DNA of 64,000 nucleotides from Basidiobolus meristosporus CBS 931.73 (Eukaryota > Fungi > Basidiobolomycota). The notes beneath the pieces are model-generated. The model saw only the letters and a program-made list of their open reading frames with translations, was not told where the DNA came from and ran no database searches. The stretch covers positions 16,008 through 80,007 of the forward strand of contig MCFE01000408.1 of NCBI GenBank assembly GCA_002104905.1, given 5' to 3'. The stretch's first letter is position 1. Each line of letters starts with the position of its first letter. This document shows positions 36,001 to 47,564 of this stretch, piece after piece. The position numbers were made by a program, and so were the translations under genes.

Positions 36001-38643
36001 TTGGATTGATGCTACTAGTGGCCTCAGATATTGGCATATGGAGATATTATAGATGAGTGCTGAGCATTAAAATGATTTGGTTTGACCTCTAAAGTATGTG
36101 TGAATCGCAAGTTTGCACTTGGTGTATGAATTACGGACGTGAGATCTGATTTACAAGGTGTGAGCTGATCCTTTGAGTTAGTGAGGATCTGGAACTTCGC
36201 ATACAGCTTTACATAGTTTTCTGTTCTTCTCCACATGGTTTTGCCAATGTATAAGTTCGTAAGCTGAAAATTACCTCAGGTGACATCCCATTAGCATATA
36301 GTGAGTGCCAAGCCACTCATACTGCTAAAAATATGTATTATTGCATTACACGCTCACCCAGATTCTACACCCCAAACCGCTGGCAATCAACAACAACTGT
36401 CAATGTTTCGGAAATAAGGTGGCATTCAAAGGTCACTTCAAAGCCTTCCCAAACCTCACAAATTTGCTCGCATCTTTCAATAGTATTTTCTAACTCATAT
36501 TATAAATTCATGATTTCCTATCAAAACTGGAATGATCTGTAGCATCAAATCATTTCCAGGTCCCAGTTCTACTTGCTATACACATTTGTAGATATATACC
36601 TCACCAATACTAATATGTCTAACGGATAAAATTGTCATATCCCGAGACCCTATTAAACGTAGAGTAAGCTGGTTGGGGTGTATGCATGGCCAATCTAATT
36701 GTTAAGCGTTGTTCCACACAGGAAAAGAGTCGAGGTCTGCTACAAACGTACACCCGCTGGTGCATGGGAGTAAGCACCATGGATAGGACAGTGGGAAACA
36801 GGCTACGGGGTTGCGCCAGGAGAGCGCCATGATGGAGGAGGAGTCGTGGTCATTTATGCCGATACCATTTTCCCATCATTCCACAGACTAGGGGAGTGCC
36901 CAAAAATTGGTCGCAAAGGGATTCCTATGGCTAAGGAGCAACGTACCTAAGCCAAAAATCGTTGGAAGCGGATTGTGGCACCACTCATCACTCCCACCTC
37001 ACAGTATTGGCAAGGGCTTACATAATGAAACTCACAGCGTCCAGAGAGGTCTCAGTTGGTTTGGGAGGCTAAGGCCGCCATTCGAGAGACATGGTGGAGA
37101 GAATCACACCATGAATCTTCTACTAAGTGCTTCAATAGGGGGCTTCCTGAACGAATGATGTAGCGATGGAATGGTCCATCATGGACTAGATATTCTAGAA
37201 CCAACCCCTGACTTGCACTGGACAATAAGTCCATTCGTGGGTACACCAGCTCCCCACTTGGGCTCGTTTCAGTTTCAGGATGTTTTCAGATATTCCATTC
37301 AAGCAACGTGGTCTCGTTGAATCCTTGATGCTGATTTATGGGTGTCTCGGTATTCGTCAGGGCGTCTAAGCATTTGGCCGGCCTTATCCCACTCTGATCA
37401 CAGTCTCTAGAAGGAACTGGTATTTCGTGTAACTAACTGACACAGTGCTTTGGATTGTTTTGAGTGACCACTCTCGTTTCTATGGCCAGCCAACCAATCC
37501 CGACAGAAGTTTCTGGCCCTTCTAATCGGGAATCTCTGCACTCACCAAGTGCGATATCTGCTATTACGTGATGAACATCGAGGCCTAGACGTAGCGGTGG
37601 AGCCTGTAACAAGAGTGTGCACCAAAATGACCGGTTTGGATTGCGCTGAATGCGTGACTCTGGCTGATGTCCATCAGGTATCGGTTTGGATCTGCATCCT
37701 TCCCACTACGATCACAAGAAATCTTCCGTTTGGTGGGAGGGGGGAGGCTATTTAAAAGGGATATCTTGGTTGGCCTGTTCTCTCTTCATATGGCACCAAT
37801 TAAATTACTTGTTTGATTTGCTTGTGGTGAAACGTTCGACACTCGATTAACAAGGTTAATCCAGCAGATTAGAAGATATCAGCCCTGTAACACTCAGCAG
37901 TCGATGAAAGCGTGCAAGTGGAGCGGACTCGTGGTGTGGATTTGAAGACGCTGGCTAACCAGAATGATGGTTCCGTAGGTTTCACGTGTAGCATCACTGC
38001 CTTTAGCAACCCAAGCTAGTGTAGCGGGGAGAGAGGAATGTCGGATGGTGGGAGACAGCCTAGAATTAGTTGGGTCACCTGAATGCCACCATCTGAGTCG
38101 ACTTGACCAAAATCGGCTAAAGAGCCATCGCTGGGTTAGGCGGCTTCTGTGTATCAAAGAATATTGTCTGCCCATTCCCATGTAGGAGCATGGTACTCCG
38201 AATGGAACCAGCCGGTTGAGTCGAAGGAAATCGGTGCCCGCCAGCTAGCTCCAGAGGATGTCCAGCAGATTGGCGGGGATGGTGTGGGGACTAATTTGGT
38301 ACGTGGGCTTCTATTTTACCGGATTGAGCGTAACGTTGATTAACTGGCGTCACTCCAGCTGATTCATATCGCGCTTTCCTTTTTCCTTCTGCAGTAACAT
38401 GGATGATGGATAACCTGACGAAAGGGGCCTCCATGATGCATGTGTGACATGGGTAATCATGACATCCACCCATCAGAGTAGATGGTTGACTCAGCGGCAG
38501 GTCATTGTCCACCAATAGATGCGCCATTTTTGACTGGTCAAAATTAGAACCTTTATTGGGGTTGCATAACATGGGTATTAGGAAGTAAATTACAAACAAT
38601 TTAACAAATAAGGAATCGTGTCTAATTATGTGATTGAGGGTTG

Positions 38644-39651
38644 TTAGTCTTTCTTTGACTTCTCTGCTTCATGATGGGGTGGCGCTACCCAGTATATGGC
38701 TCCCTGGACTATGCATGCCAGGAGAGGTGCAATCCATGGTATCCAATGCTGTTGGTAATTGTTAGCAGCGACTGCCAACCCAAGGAACTTGGCTGGGTTA
38801 GCACCCGCCCCACCAAAGCCCGGCGTTAAGCCACCACTTACAAAAATATTGAGCCCCAGAGCCAATCCTACGCACACCGGGCCAATGACCGGACCAAACA
38901 CCTTCTGCTGCTTTGGATCAATAGCAGTGCCCCATGTTATCCATATGTAAGACCAACTAAAGAGGAATTCCAAGCAAAATGCTTGTCCAACTGTGACCAC
39001 GCTAGGGTCAAAGCCCCAGGAGCCTAGCTTTGTAGAGGCAGTTACCGTTGGGCCACAGCAAACACGGAGGAAGGCACCGCCAAGAAGAGCACCTATGATA
39101 TGCATGAACAGGTATATGACCGCTCGAGGTATGGAGCAGAGTTTCGTAAAAACCGCCGTCCAAGTAATCATGGGGTTAAAGTGAGCACCGGAAATGGCGG
39201 CTGTTGCCATGATAAACAGCGTAAGAGTGACAAAAACGCCAAGCCCAACATCAAGAGACACCACGGGCCCTCCCACTTGAGTGGCCCAAACTGTCACTCC
39301 CCCGGATACCATTACATAAAGTGCCATTAAGAACAGCTCGGCCACTCCAGAGCGCCAGACACTGATGCTACGGAACTCCGACCAGTCGAACATCTGCTCC
39401 AAGGTAAGATGGTCCTCATCTGCAACAATGTCTGGATGGAACTCCGGAATTGGCACTCCAGAAAGAGATTTCCTATGAGGGATTGCGTTCAGTGAGGCTT
39501 GACGGCTCCTAGTGATGTGATGGCCCAAAGACGCGACATGATCGACAGATATAGGAAGACCGTTGCCTGCGTTGAAAGCAGCCTCATGAGGTCGATGTTC
39601 TGTGGCACCCAAGCTAACAAATGTGTCTGGGGCAAACCGTGAAGTTTCCAT
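38644..39651 (-). CDS. Aquaporin/MIP channel, XIP-like (NPM / NPA motifs)
   Basis: SGAHFNPMIT and GAGANPAKFLG loops, six hydrophobic helices, and AEL, LEF and HWIPWIAP motifs. Single exon. Confidence 0.92.
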   Translation of the reverse strand: METSRFAPDTFVSLGATEHRPHEAAFNAGNGLPISVDHVASLGHHITRSRQASLNAIPHRKSLSGVPIPEFHPDIVADEDHLTLEQMFDWSEFRSISVWRSGVAELFLMALYVMVSGGVTVWATQVGGPVVSLDVGLGVFVTLTLFIMATAAISGAHFNPMITWTAVFTKLCSIPRAVIYLFMHIIGALLGGAFLRVCCGPTVTASTKLGSWGFDPSVVTVGQAFCLEFLFSWSYIWITWGTAIDPKQQKVFGPVIGPVCVGLALGLNIFVSGGLTPGFGGAGANPAKFLGLAVAANNYQQHWIPWIAPLLACIVQGAIYWVAPPHHEAEKSKKD

Positions 39652-42600
39652 ATGATAAATGGGAAGATGGCTGGATGTGTGTCAAGGGATCTGAGGATTT
39701 ATGGCATAAGCCCAGCAATATATACCCATCGATGGCCGTAGCTGGTTGGGTGAGATGATTGGTGACGATGGAGACAGTGTATCAAGATCCAGATTATGCA
39801 TGTAGCTCACACTAGTTAGATTTGGCCATAATAGGATTGTTTTGGCAATTTGCCATGTAAAGGTTGACTAATATTTGTATCTGAATCGTCGTGACACTCT
39901 CATGAGATTTTCAGAGTCACACTGGCTATCTGGCGGTTGCGGTTGGAATTTGGGAGTAGATAACCAGAATGTTCTACCGCCTGATTTCATGCGTAGAAAA
40001 TACATGAACTGAATTCACGAACATTCGCCACATGAAGGCAGGGATGCTTGATGAGAACAATAGAAAATGACAGTCGCATTTTCTGGCCTAATCTTTGTAC
40101 CTCGTTACCAGTCCCTCCGAAGGTTCACGGCAGATGACAATTAAATCCTCTTTTACTATCAATCAGGTATGCGCAAGAAAATGTGTAATTCGTGACATCC
40201 ATTCATTCTCAAAAAGGCAATCATTCGCTTATACGTCAACTTTAACATCCCTGTGCTGTAATCTAGGATATGGGACGATATCGTTGAGCATAGGAAAACA
40301 CCTCCAACCTCTGCATTCAAGGGGTTTAATTCCCTCATCCAACAAGAACAATTGGGTTGGAACTGATGTCTGAATGATTGACAATCAGTTTTATACCAGT
40401 CTGCTATTTTATATTTTAGTCCTGAAGGAATGACTACCTTGCGACAGAGGCTTTCTAGTCCCTGCAGAGAGGAGGTGGCCATTGTGATGTAAGATTTTAA
40501 AACTTCACCCAAGTTTGTAGATGGTTAAAGGCATGGCTTTACCTAGGGCTTGTAAGTTTAGTGACTGGAGTGTGCTACTAAAATCAAAGCTAGCCCCAGT
40601 ATGCATGACCCCAATCGTCTGGCATGGGTGTTACTGATCGGTACATTTTTAATTTCGCAAGTTGTGGTATATTTGAAGCTAAACATATAAGTCTCCCACT
40701 CAACTGAGTAAGACTTCTGTAGTTGCTCTTTCTCTGAAAAGCTGGATTTAGTAGTGGTTACATAAAACTTGGAGCATGTTTGAATATAGAAAAGGGAGAA
40801 TAAGCCCTGCTGTTGGTTAGTGAGCAACCGTCTAGACATCTTCCTAGCAGTCTCAGAGGCTGTCATGCTTAATCATGTGCTTTTTATCGTAAATACTTTT
40901 AGTTTGGATATGGGATCAATATGAGCAGTAAAGCTGTCGTGATCGGCAAAAGAATGACTTTGTACTCTTTGTATAGTTTTAAGGATGATCTGGGATGCAA
41001 TTTTTCAAGGTAACAAAAGATTTCTTTAAAGTGCGGGCAGTTTGTGAATTTCTGGAGGACTTCACAATTCTGAAAACTTGTCAACAGCCCTTGCAAAATG
41101 AATTTGAGAGCTGTAAGCTTGATGCTGACCAAGAGCGATGTTATAGTTCACAAGTAGCCTGCTATTTACATCATTTCACCATACTGTGCTATCAATTCTG
41201 GAATAGATTACATGCACTAAATCCGTACACAAAACTCCTTACTCTTATACCATCGTTTCCTATATTCTGGTTTTCAGCATTCTATATTCCTTATGTTCAT
41301 TCAGTATTCCTATGAAAAAACCCATACTTGGAAATCATCTGATAAACTGCCAGTATTCAGCTGGTGTTTTTCTTCTAATTTTTAATTGTAAATTACTGTG
41401 GAAGTAGTCAGTAGCTTATTACTATATTTGGCATGAATGTTATTTGGCCTAGCCTCCTCCTAGATAACATGTCTTGTCAGCCAAATAGCTAGAACCCAAG
41501 ATATTGATGGTTGTAAGTTTATCAAAACTTGGATTACTGATGTTGTTATGCTGGTATTCTGTTGGCCTTTAGTTGGTTTTTTTCTTAGGGTATACCAACA
41601 TGTGTAAGCACACCAAACCTAATTTTGTTTCCAATCATATATTCTGGTATTTGGAACGATCGGACTCTACCAGTAGTCCTAACATCTTGACTTTTACTCC
41701 GTATATTGGTTGGTGAAGGGCACGCTTACTTTTAATTGCCCCGTAGCACTGCTAAATTGCAATCACTTGATTCACAAAAAATTCCCTGATATTAAATAAG
41801 GTAGGTGGATATTATGGTAGTGCATATATTCAGCTCTCAGCATACACACTTCCAGTACGCAATCAGTCAGCTTCATGATTTGGTTTTCACAGGTTGAAAA
41901 ATTTATAACCACTGCATCAATCACCCCGTTCCTCGACTTGATACACTGCCAATAATCCCCGATCTAAAGATGCAGATACCACCATTGCCATTGAGTAATC
42001 AGCTTAGCGCATTGCTTATTACATCATCAGTCGTTGCTGAAAGTTGGCGCATTTCTGGGAATCGATTTTCATGTGTTAAGCTTACTAGAAGTGCTTCAAA
42101 TATACGTAAGACAAGCTCACCACCAACTTTGAATAAGATTAGGTAAGGGGGCATTTGCAAGGGGCTCTGGTTGCTGAGGAACACGTATCATCTGAATGAG
42201 ATCATTCCTGGGGCTCTTGCCACTGGAATGAGCAGACTCCGGGCTTGCATGGAATATATCCGGCAGAAATATGAATTGCATATTACTGGCCATGCCCAAC
42301 ATTGTTTAGGGCCAGCGTTTCTTGACACATTCAGACAAATGTGGTCCCTTGTGGCTGCATAGGCAAGCGTCGGAAGGAAGCTTGAGTGGCTACCTGAAGT
42401 ATTTAGAGAATGAGCCAAGATTGGCGTGTCAGTTCTCGGTCCATCCACTCAAGTGATCCTATTTCGAAACCCATAGAAGATCGATGAAATGCTAATGCAA
42501 AGATAACTGGCGGAGCGGAAACAGACTTATCAAACAATAGCAACTCCAGTCTGTTGGTGTTCACCATTTGAAACAGGATCTGACTGGGATAGGGACTACT

Positions 42601-44379
42601 GCCGAAACGCCTTTTATCACCCACCACCTCGTGGGATGGACAAATGATATCGACATGGTGTAATCAATACCCCGACGAGATTTCGGGTTTGAACCCCAAG
42701 TATCATCCCACACCTTACATCATGTGAATGCCAGCGAAGAGATCCGCCTCCAAATCCAATCAGCATCAAAGACAATGCTTCTCCGCATCAGCCAAGCCTA
42801 CCTCGCTGATTGGTGACATGGTGACAATCGGCAGCCTTAGTGTTTTGAACCAGCTCAATAGCTAATAATATCTGATTTATCGGGCAATTTGGATTCTTAC
42901 ATACACAAACCACTCTGGCGCCATCCGCCCGCAACAAAAGTAGTGATGTGGTGTTTGCAAGGTAATCACATGCAAACCTTGACAATCTCTGGCCCTATCA
43001 TGATGTGATGTGTTGTCAAGATTGGCGGGCATTCAAACCCCATCTCACGAAAAGCCTAAAAATAAATCCTTAATCCTCTGCGCCCAGGATGTTCCTTGTT
43101 CGACCCAAGTAAATCATCAGCCGCCGGTTGTCCAGCAATTTCAGGCCCAGTTACTAGAATGCAAGCAGACCCAATTTAATCAGAGTACAATGACATAATA
43201 CAAAAGTCGAGATACCCAGGTGGAGTTACAAAGTCAAGGCATGAATGAGTTCTGCGGAAGATTGGCCTTTTGATTAACCAGGTTCCATTCTAGAATGCCC
43301 ATTGAAATCCAGACTAGCCAGGGATTCTTGGATGGATCCCCAAGCCTAGTCTAATTTTACATCCTGCAGCAGCTAATAAAAGCCCCACAACCAACTGAAT
43401 ACATAGTAAATATTTCAGGCTCCAATTAGATGGGTCATTCGGAATTTGGTGATCAGCTGGAATGCCATTTTTCTCCAGGCAAGCACACAGATGCTGGCCC
43501 CAGGCTTATTGGGAAATACCGATGTCAACAAGTCTAGACCTGCGAGGCCCGACGTCAAGATACTGGCAGATACCACTAATCCAAGCGTCAATAACACACT
43601 CCATCATTCTCTGGGTGTCCGCCAAGAGCTCAGCAATATCGAATCCAGCAAGGACGCTCGAGTGGCACGTATTCACATATCACGGTTACGGCGTTTTAAT
43701 ATCTTGGATGATGAAAAGCCACCATGTCTCAGCCGGTTTTTCTTTCCTTCGGCTGGTGCAATTGGAGAGGCCAGCAGCTATCACAATCGCCGGTAATTAA
43801 AAGCCAATATTCGAGTTGTTGACGCTTTGGTAATCAACGGTTGATGTGACAGACGGGTCATGTCACTGAGGTCATCAAATGCATGAAACCGTAGCATAAT
43901 CGAATTAAAATCTGGTAGTGCAACTGTCAACAAGTTGGGACTGGTGCTAAATTTAAAAACTTCATTCATCAGAATAGATCCGAGGTACCCATTAAATCAT
44001 CTGATTTAATACGCCAGTACATATCCCACTTGTCATGCATAAGGCGTTACAGAAATGTTGAATCTTGAGCTAGATCATACGAAATGATGGAACCAATTAA
44101 TGAATGTCAAGATGAAATTCCTCTTTTTGGAACCCCTCTATCACTCAATGGATGCTACTTTAAAGATATATACTTTTACGATGGATGATCTTGTCCTACC
44201 AATTAAGTCAAGTCCTCATGCGGCACAACTCATCCGCCTATATATACCTAGCACTCCTGACGCTTGACATCAAGTCTCACCATCATTCACATCCATATCC
44301 TGGCCAAAAGAGCCTTGCACCTTATAGTATTCTACCTATTCTAGCCCGCACCATCAGTTTTTGGATCTCTAGATAACAT

Positions 44380-44961
44380 ATGAAAGATATTCGCCCCCAC
44401 AAAGTTGTATTATTAGGGGATGGAGCAGTTGGAAAGACAGCGCTGACAGTCCAGCTGTGTTCGGCGCACTTCCTCGAGACCTACAACCCAACCATCGAGG
44501 ACTGCTTCCGCACACAGGCGGTCATCGATAAAAAGCCATGCATGCTGGAGATCCTGGACACCGCCGGGCAGCAAGAATTCACCTCGCTTCGGGATCAATG
44601 GATTCGCGAAGGGGAGGGCTTCTTGCTCGTCTACTGTATCGCGGTCCGATCCACCTTCGAGCATGTGGAGATGATTCGGAATGAGATCGCGCGAGTGCGC
44701 GACATCAAAAAGACCCCGATCCTGCTGGTTGGAAACAAATGCGACCGGAACACGGAGCGTGAGGTCTCCCACTTCGAGGGGAGCGCACTAGCCAAGCGGC
44801 TGGGCTGCCATTTCATTGAGAGCTCGGCAAAGACATCGACGAATGTGGAGCGAGCCTTCCACCGGATTGTTCGGATGATGCGATCGAACGAGAATGGAGG
44901 CTCGCTTCGCAAGAAGATATGCGCCTTGAACAAGGTCAAGAGCAAATGTCGTCTTATGTAA
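44380..44961 (+). CDS. RAS2: Ras-family small GTPase, fungal Ras2-like, copy A
   Basis: GDGAVGKT, YNPTIED, DTAGQQE, DQWIREGEGF, NKCD, SSAK and CAAX CRLM. Intronless. Confidence 0.93.
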   Translation: MKDIRPHKVVLLGDGAVGKTALTVQLCSAHFLETYNPTIEDCFRTQAVIDKKPCMLEILDTAGQQEFTSLRDQWIREGEGFLLVYCIAVRSTFEHVEMIRNEIARVRDIKKTPILLVGNKCDRNTEREVSHFEGSALAKRLGCHFIESSAKTSTNVERAFHRIVRMMRSNENGGSLRKKICALNKVKSKCRLM

Positions 44962-47503
44962 ACATGAAAATACTTAACTAGTATACCACGGAATATCATT
45001 TCCAATATACCCCAATATCGCTAGGACCGTAAAGGCACTATATGTAAATATTTCTGTCGAGGCGCTTCCCTGTACTTTGTAAATACGGTATTATAGCTGT
45101 ACTTTTGAATCCCCCAACTCTACTATCTAGTAAATCATGCTCATGATTCTTGACGTGGCGTAGCCCAAAACGACTCGCCCATCGTGGGCGTGTAGCGTAA
45201 GGTACATTCTATTTTTAAAGCGAATCCCGTTTTATTGGTGTAATCCACGTAATTGATGCATGAGGTTGAATGCCTAACCTGACTAAGAAATAACCATCTT
45301 GATTACATTCGGGCTCCCTACCGCTTATCCCGCAATCCGATCCAACACATCATCTGGTTTTGATGGTAGATTTTCAATGCACTGTCCGGACGAATGGCAT
45401 ACGTGATGGAATCAACACGCTCAGCAATAGATATACATCATTACCACATTTGTGTTAATTTGACTACCAATACGGCGTCTGCTGGCATAGTTAATATAGG
45501 CTGTCTTGGATTAATAACAGCACCTGAGTTCGATGTTTGTTAATCTATTCCCGTCCCATGTCAAATATATCAAGGTAGCGCGCTAGCAGCTCTCTCTATA
45601 AATCAATGGTTTCATTTTACTGCATTAACCGGTTATATTGCTCACTTCTGGAGGCTGATTTCCCCAGAGTTCGGGGGCGATATTGCGATGGAAAAACTCC
45701 CAGGTTACCATAGTTTGCTAATGCAAATATGGTTTGATTCAATCCGTTGTAATCACGAACACTCCGCTACAGATAGTTGTACTACACAAGTAGCCTGCAC
45801 ACCCAATTATATCGGAATAGCCACGGGGAGCAAGTAATCGCTGGGTCTATCATACGATCAATATGACTGTTAACTTGACTATCTACAGAATCAATTTACT
45901 GGATAAATGCATCTCTATCGATCGTCCATGGGCAAGGTCCGATCTCCACACTTTGTTGGCTGTCGATAGTCAAACCATTCCAACGGATATATATATGGAT
46001 ATATCCGAACCGATAAAGTAATATGCAAGAAGGCTAGAGATTTTTACATGAGTTGATTTGGAGTGGACACTGGACGCGAGAGCTGAGCACGATCATGAAT
46101 GGAGGCAAGCCAGCAGGTGGCCTCCAAACAGAGCAATCCGTTTGGCACTTGAACCCATCCATATTGACTCGGAGATTTTTGTGTGGAGTAGCTAGACAGT
46201 GGTGATTCACTGGAAATCCGCTATGATTGTAGATTTACACAACTCAGTGGCTTGGATATAATATTCCCCGACCCTGATAAAAGTACTTGGTCAACTTTGA
46301 TACCCCTTTTACAATTTCCAAATCAAGCCTATGTAGTCTCGCATCAACCCTCTAGTTTACTATCCGTCTGACAGCATTCTAATAATTCTGATCTAGTTAA
46401 GCTGTACTGGATTTCTCCCGAGGTTCTCCGGTTCCGCCACTTCACCGCCTGTTCTTTGGAAGCCCTACTACGATGCGAGCAATATTGGCAATTGGCTGGA
46501 AAAAGAAACATGCAGAAACTGTGCTAGAGTATTCCTGAACAGCAACTGAAAGAGCATTCAATTATAGGGAAAGCGTAGATGATTATGATAAACAAGCTTC
46601 TGAAGCAGTCTTGCTTTTTATTAGGATGCGTGATGGTAAAACTGCGAGGTGGGGGTGATGAATGTACAGATCATGATGCCAGTGGGCATATGTGTAGTGG
46701 GCTTATTTAATCTATGCCTACCAGAACTTTCCGACTCCGCCTTACATAGGATAGTGGGCATACAATACAAGTATGATTGTTTAGGATGTTTAGTGAAGAG
46801 TTACTGATAGTTAGGAACATATATCCGTGATTATTGGGAAGCTGCCGTGTAAACACGCCTTCCCATCACCTAACCATGGTATGGTACAAACTAACAGCAA
46901 AACTATGCTGGAGGCAACGCTACCAAAAGATCCTATACACTCTGTGGATCAATATCTACATAAGACGACATTTGCTCTTGACCTTGTTCAAGGTGCATAT
47001 CTTCTTGCGAAGCGAGCCTCCATTCTCGTTCGATCGCATCATCCGAACAATCCGGTGGAAGGCTCGCTCCACATTCGTCGATGTCTTTGCCGAGCTCTCA
47101 ATGAAATGGCAGCCCAGCCGCTTGGCTAGTGCGCTCCCCTCGAAGTGGGAGACCTCACGCTCCGTGTTCCGGTCGCATTTGTTTCCAACCAGCAGGATCG
47201 GGGTCTTTTTGATGTCGCGCACTCGCGCGATCTCATTCCGAATCATCTCCACATGCTCGAAGGTGGATCGGACCGCGATACAGTAGACGAGCAAGAAGCC
47301 CTCCCCTTCGCGAATCCATTGATCCCGAAGCGAGGTGAATTCTTGCTGCCCGGCGGTGTCCAGGATCTCCAGCATGCATGGCTTTTTATCGATGACCGCC
47401 TGTGTGCGGAAGCAGTCCTCGATGGTTGGGTTGTAGGTCTCGAGGAAGTGCGCCGAACACAGCTGGACTGTCAGCGCTGTCTTTCCAACTGCTCCATCCC
47501 CTA
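44414..47503. repeat. 547-bp inverted repeat (44414-44960 / 46957-47503, one mismatch) around a ~2.0 kb spacer
   Basis: Base-by-base manual comparison. The only mismatch is at 44923 (G vs A). Confidence 0.93.
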
Positions 47504-47564
47504 GTAATACAATTTTATGTAATTGAAGTTCCTTCATTCCAATTTTTGGAGTACTCTTGCTCAC
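46956..47564 (-). CDS. RAS2: Ras-family small GTPase, fungal Ras2-like, copy B
   Basis: Same motifs as copy A. It differs only in the N-terminus (MSKSTPKIGMKELQLHKI) and one A/T residue near the C-terminus. Confidence 0.93.
   Translation of the reverse strand: MSKSTPKIGMKELQLHKIVLLGDGAVGKTALTVQLCSAHFLETYNPTIEDCFRTQAVIDKKPCMLEILDTAGQQEFTSLRDQWIREGEGFLLVYCIAVRSTFEHVEMIRNEIARVRDIKKTPILLVGNKCDRNTEREVSHFEGSALAKRLGCHFIESSAKTSTNVERAFHRIVRMMRSNENGGSLRKKICTLNKVKSKCRLM

Noticed and set aside
33100-38600. Scattered short ORFs (33251-33661, 34358-34579, 36907-37158, 38291-38599)
   Set aside because: I could not join them by plausible splicing or assign any domain. Treated as intergenic or unresolvable relics.
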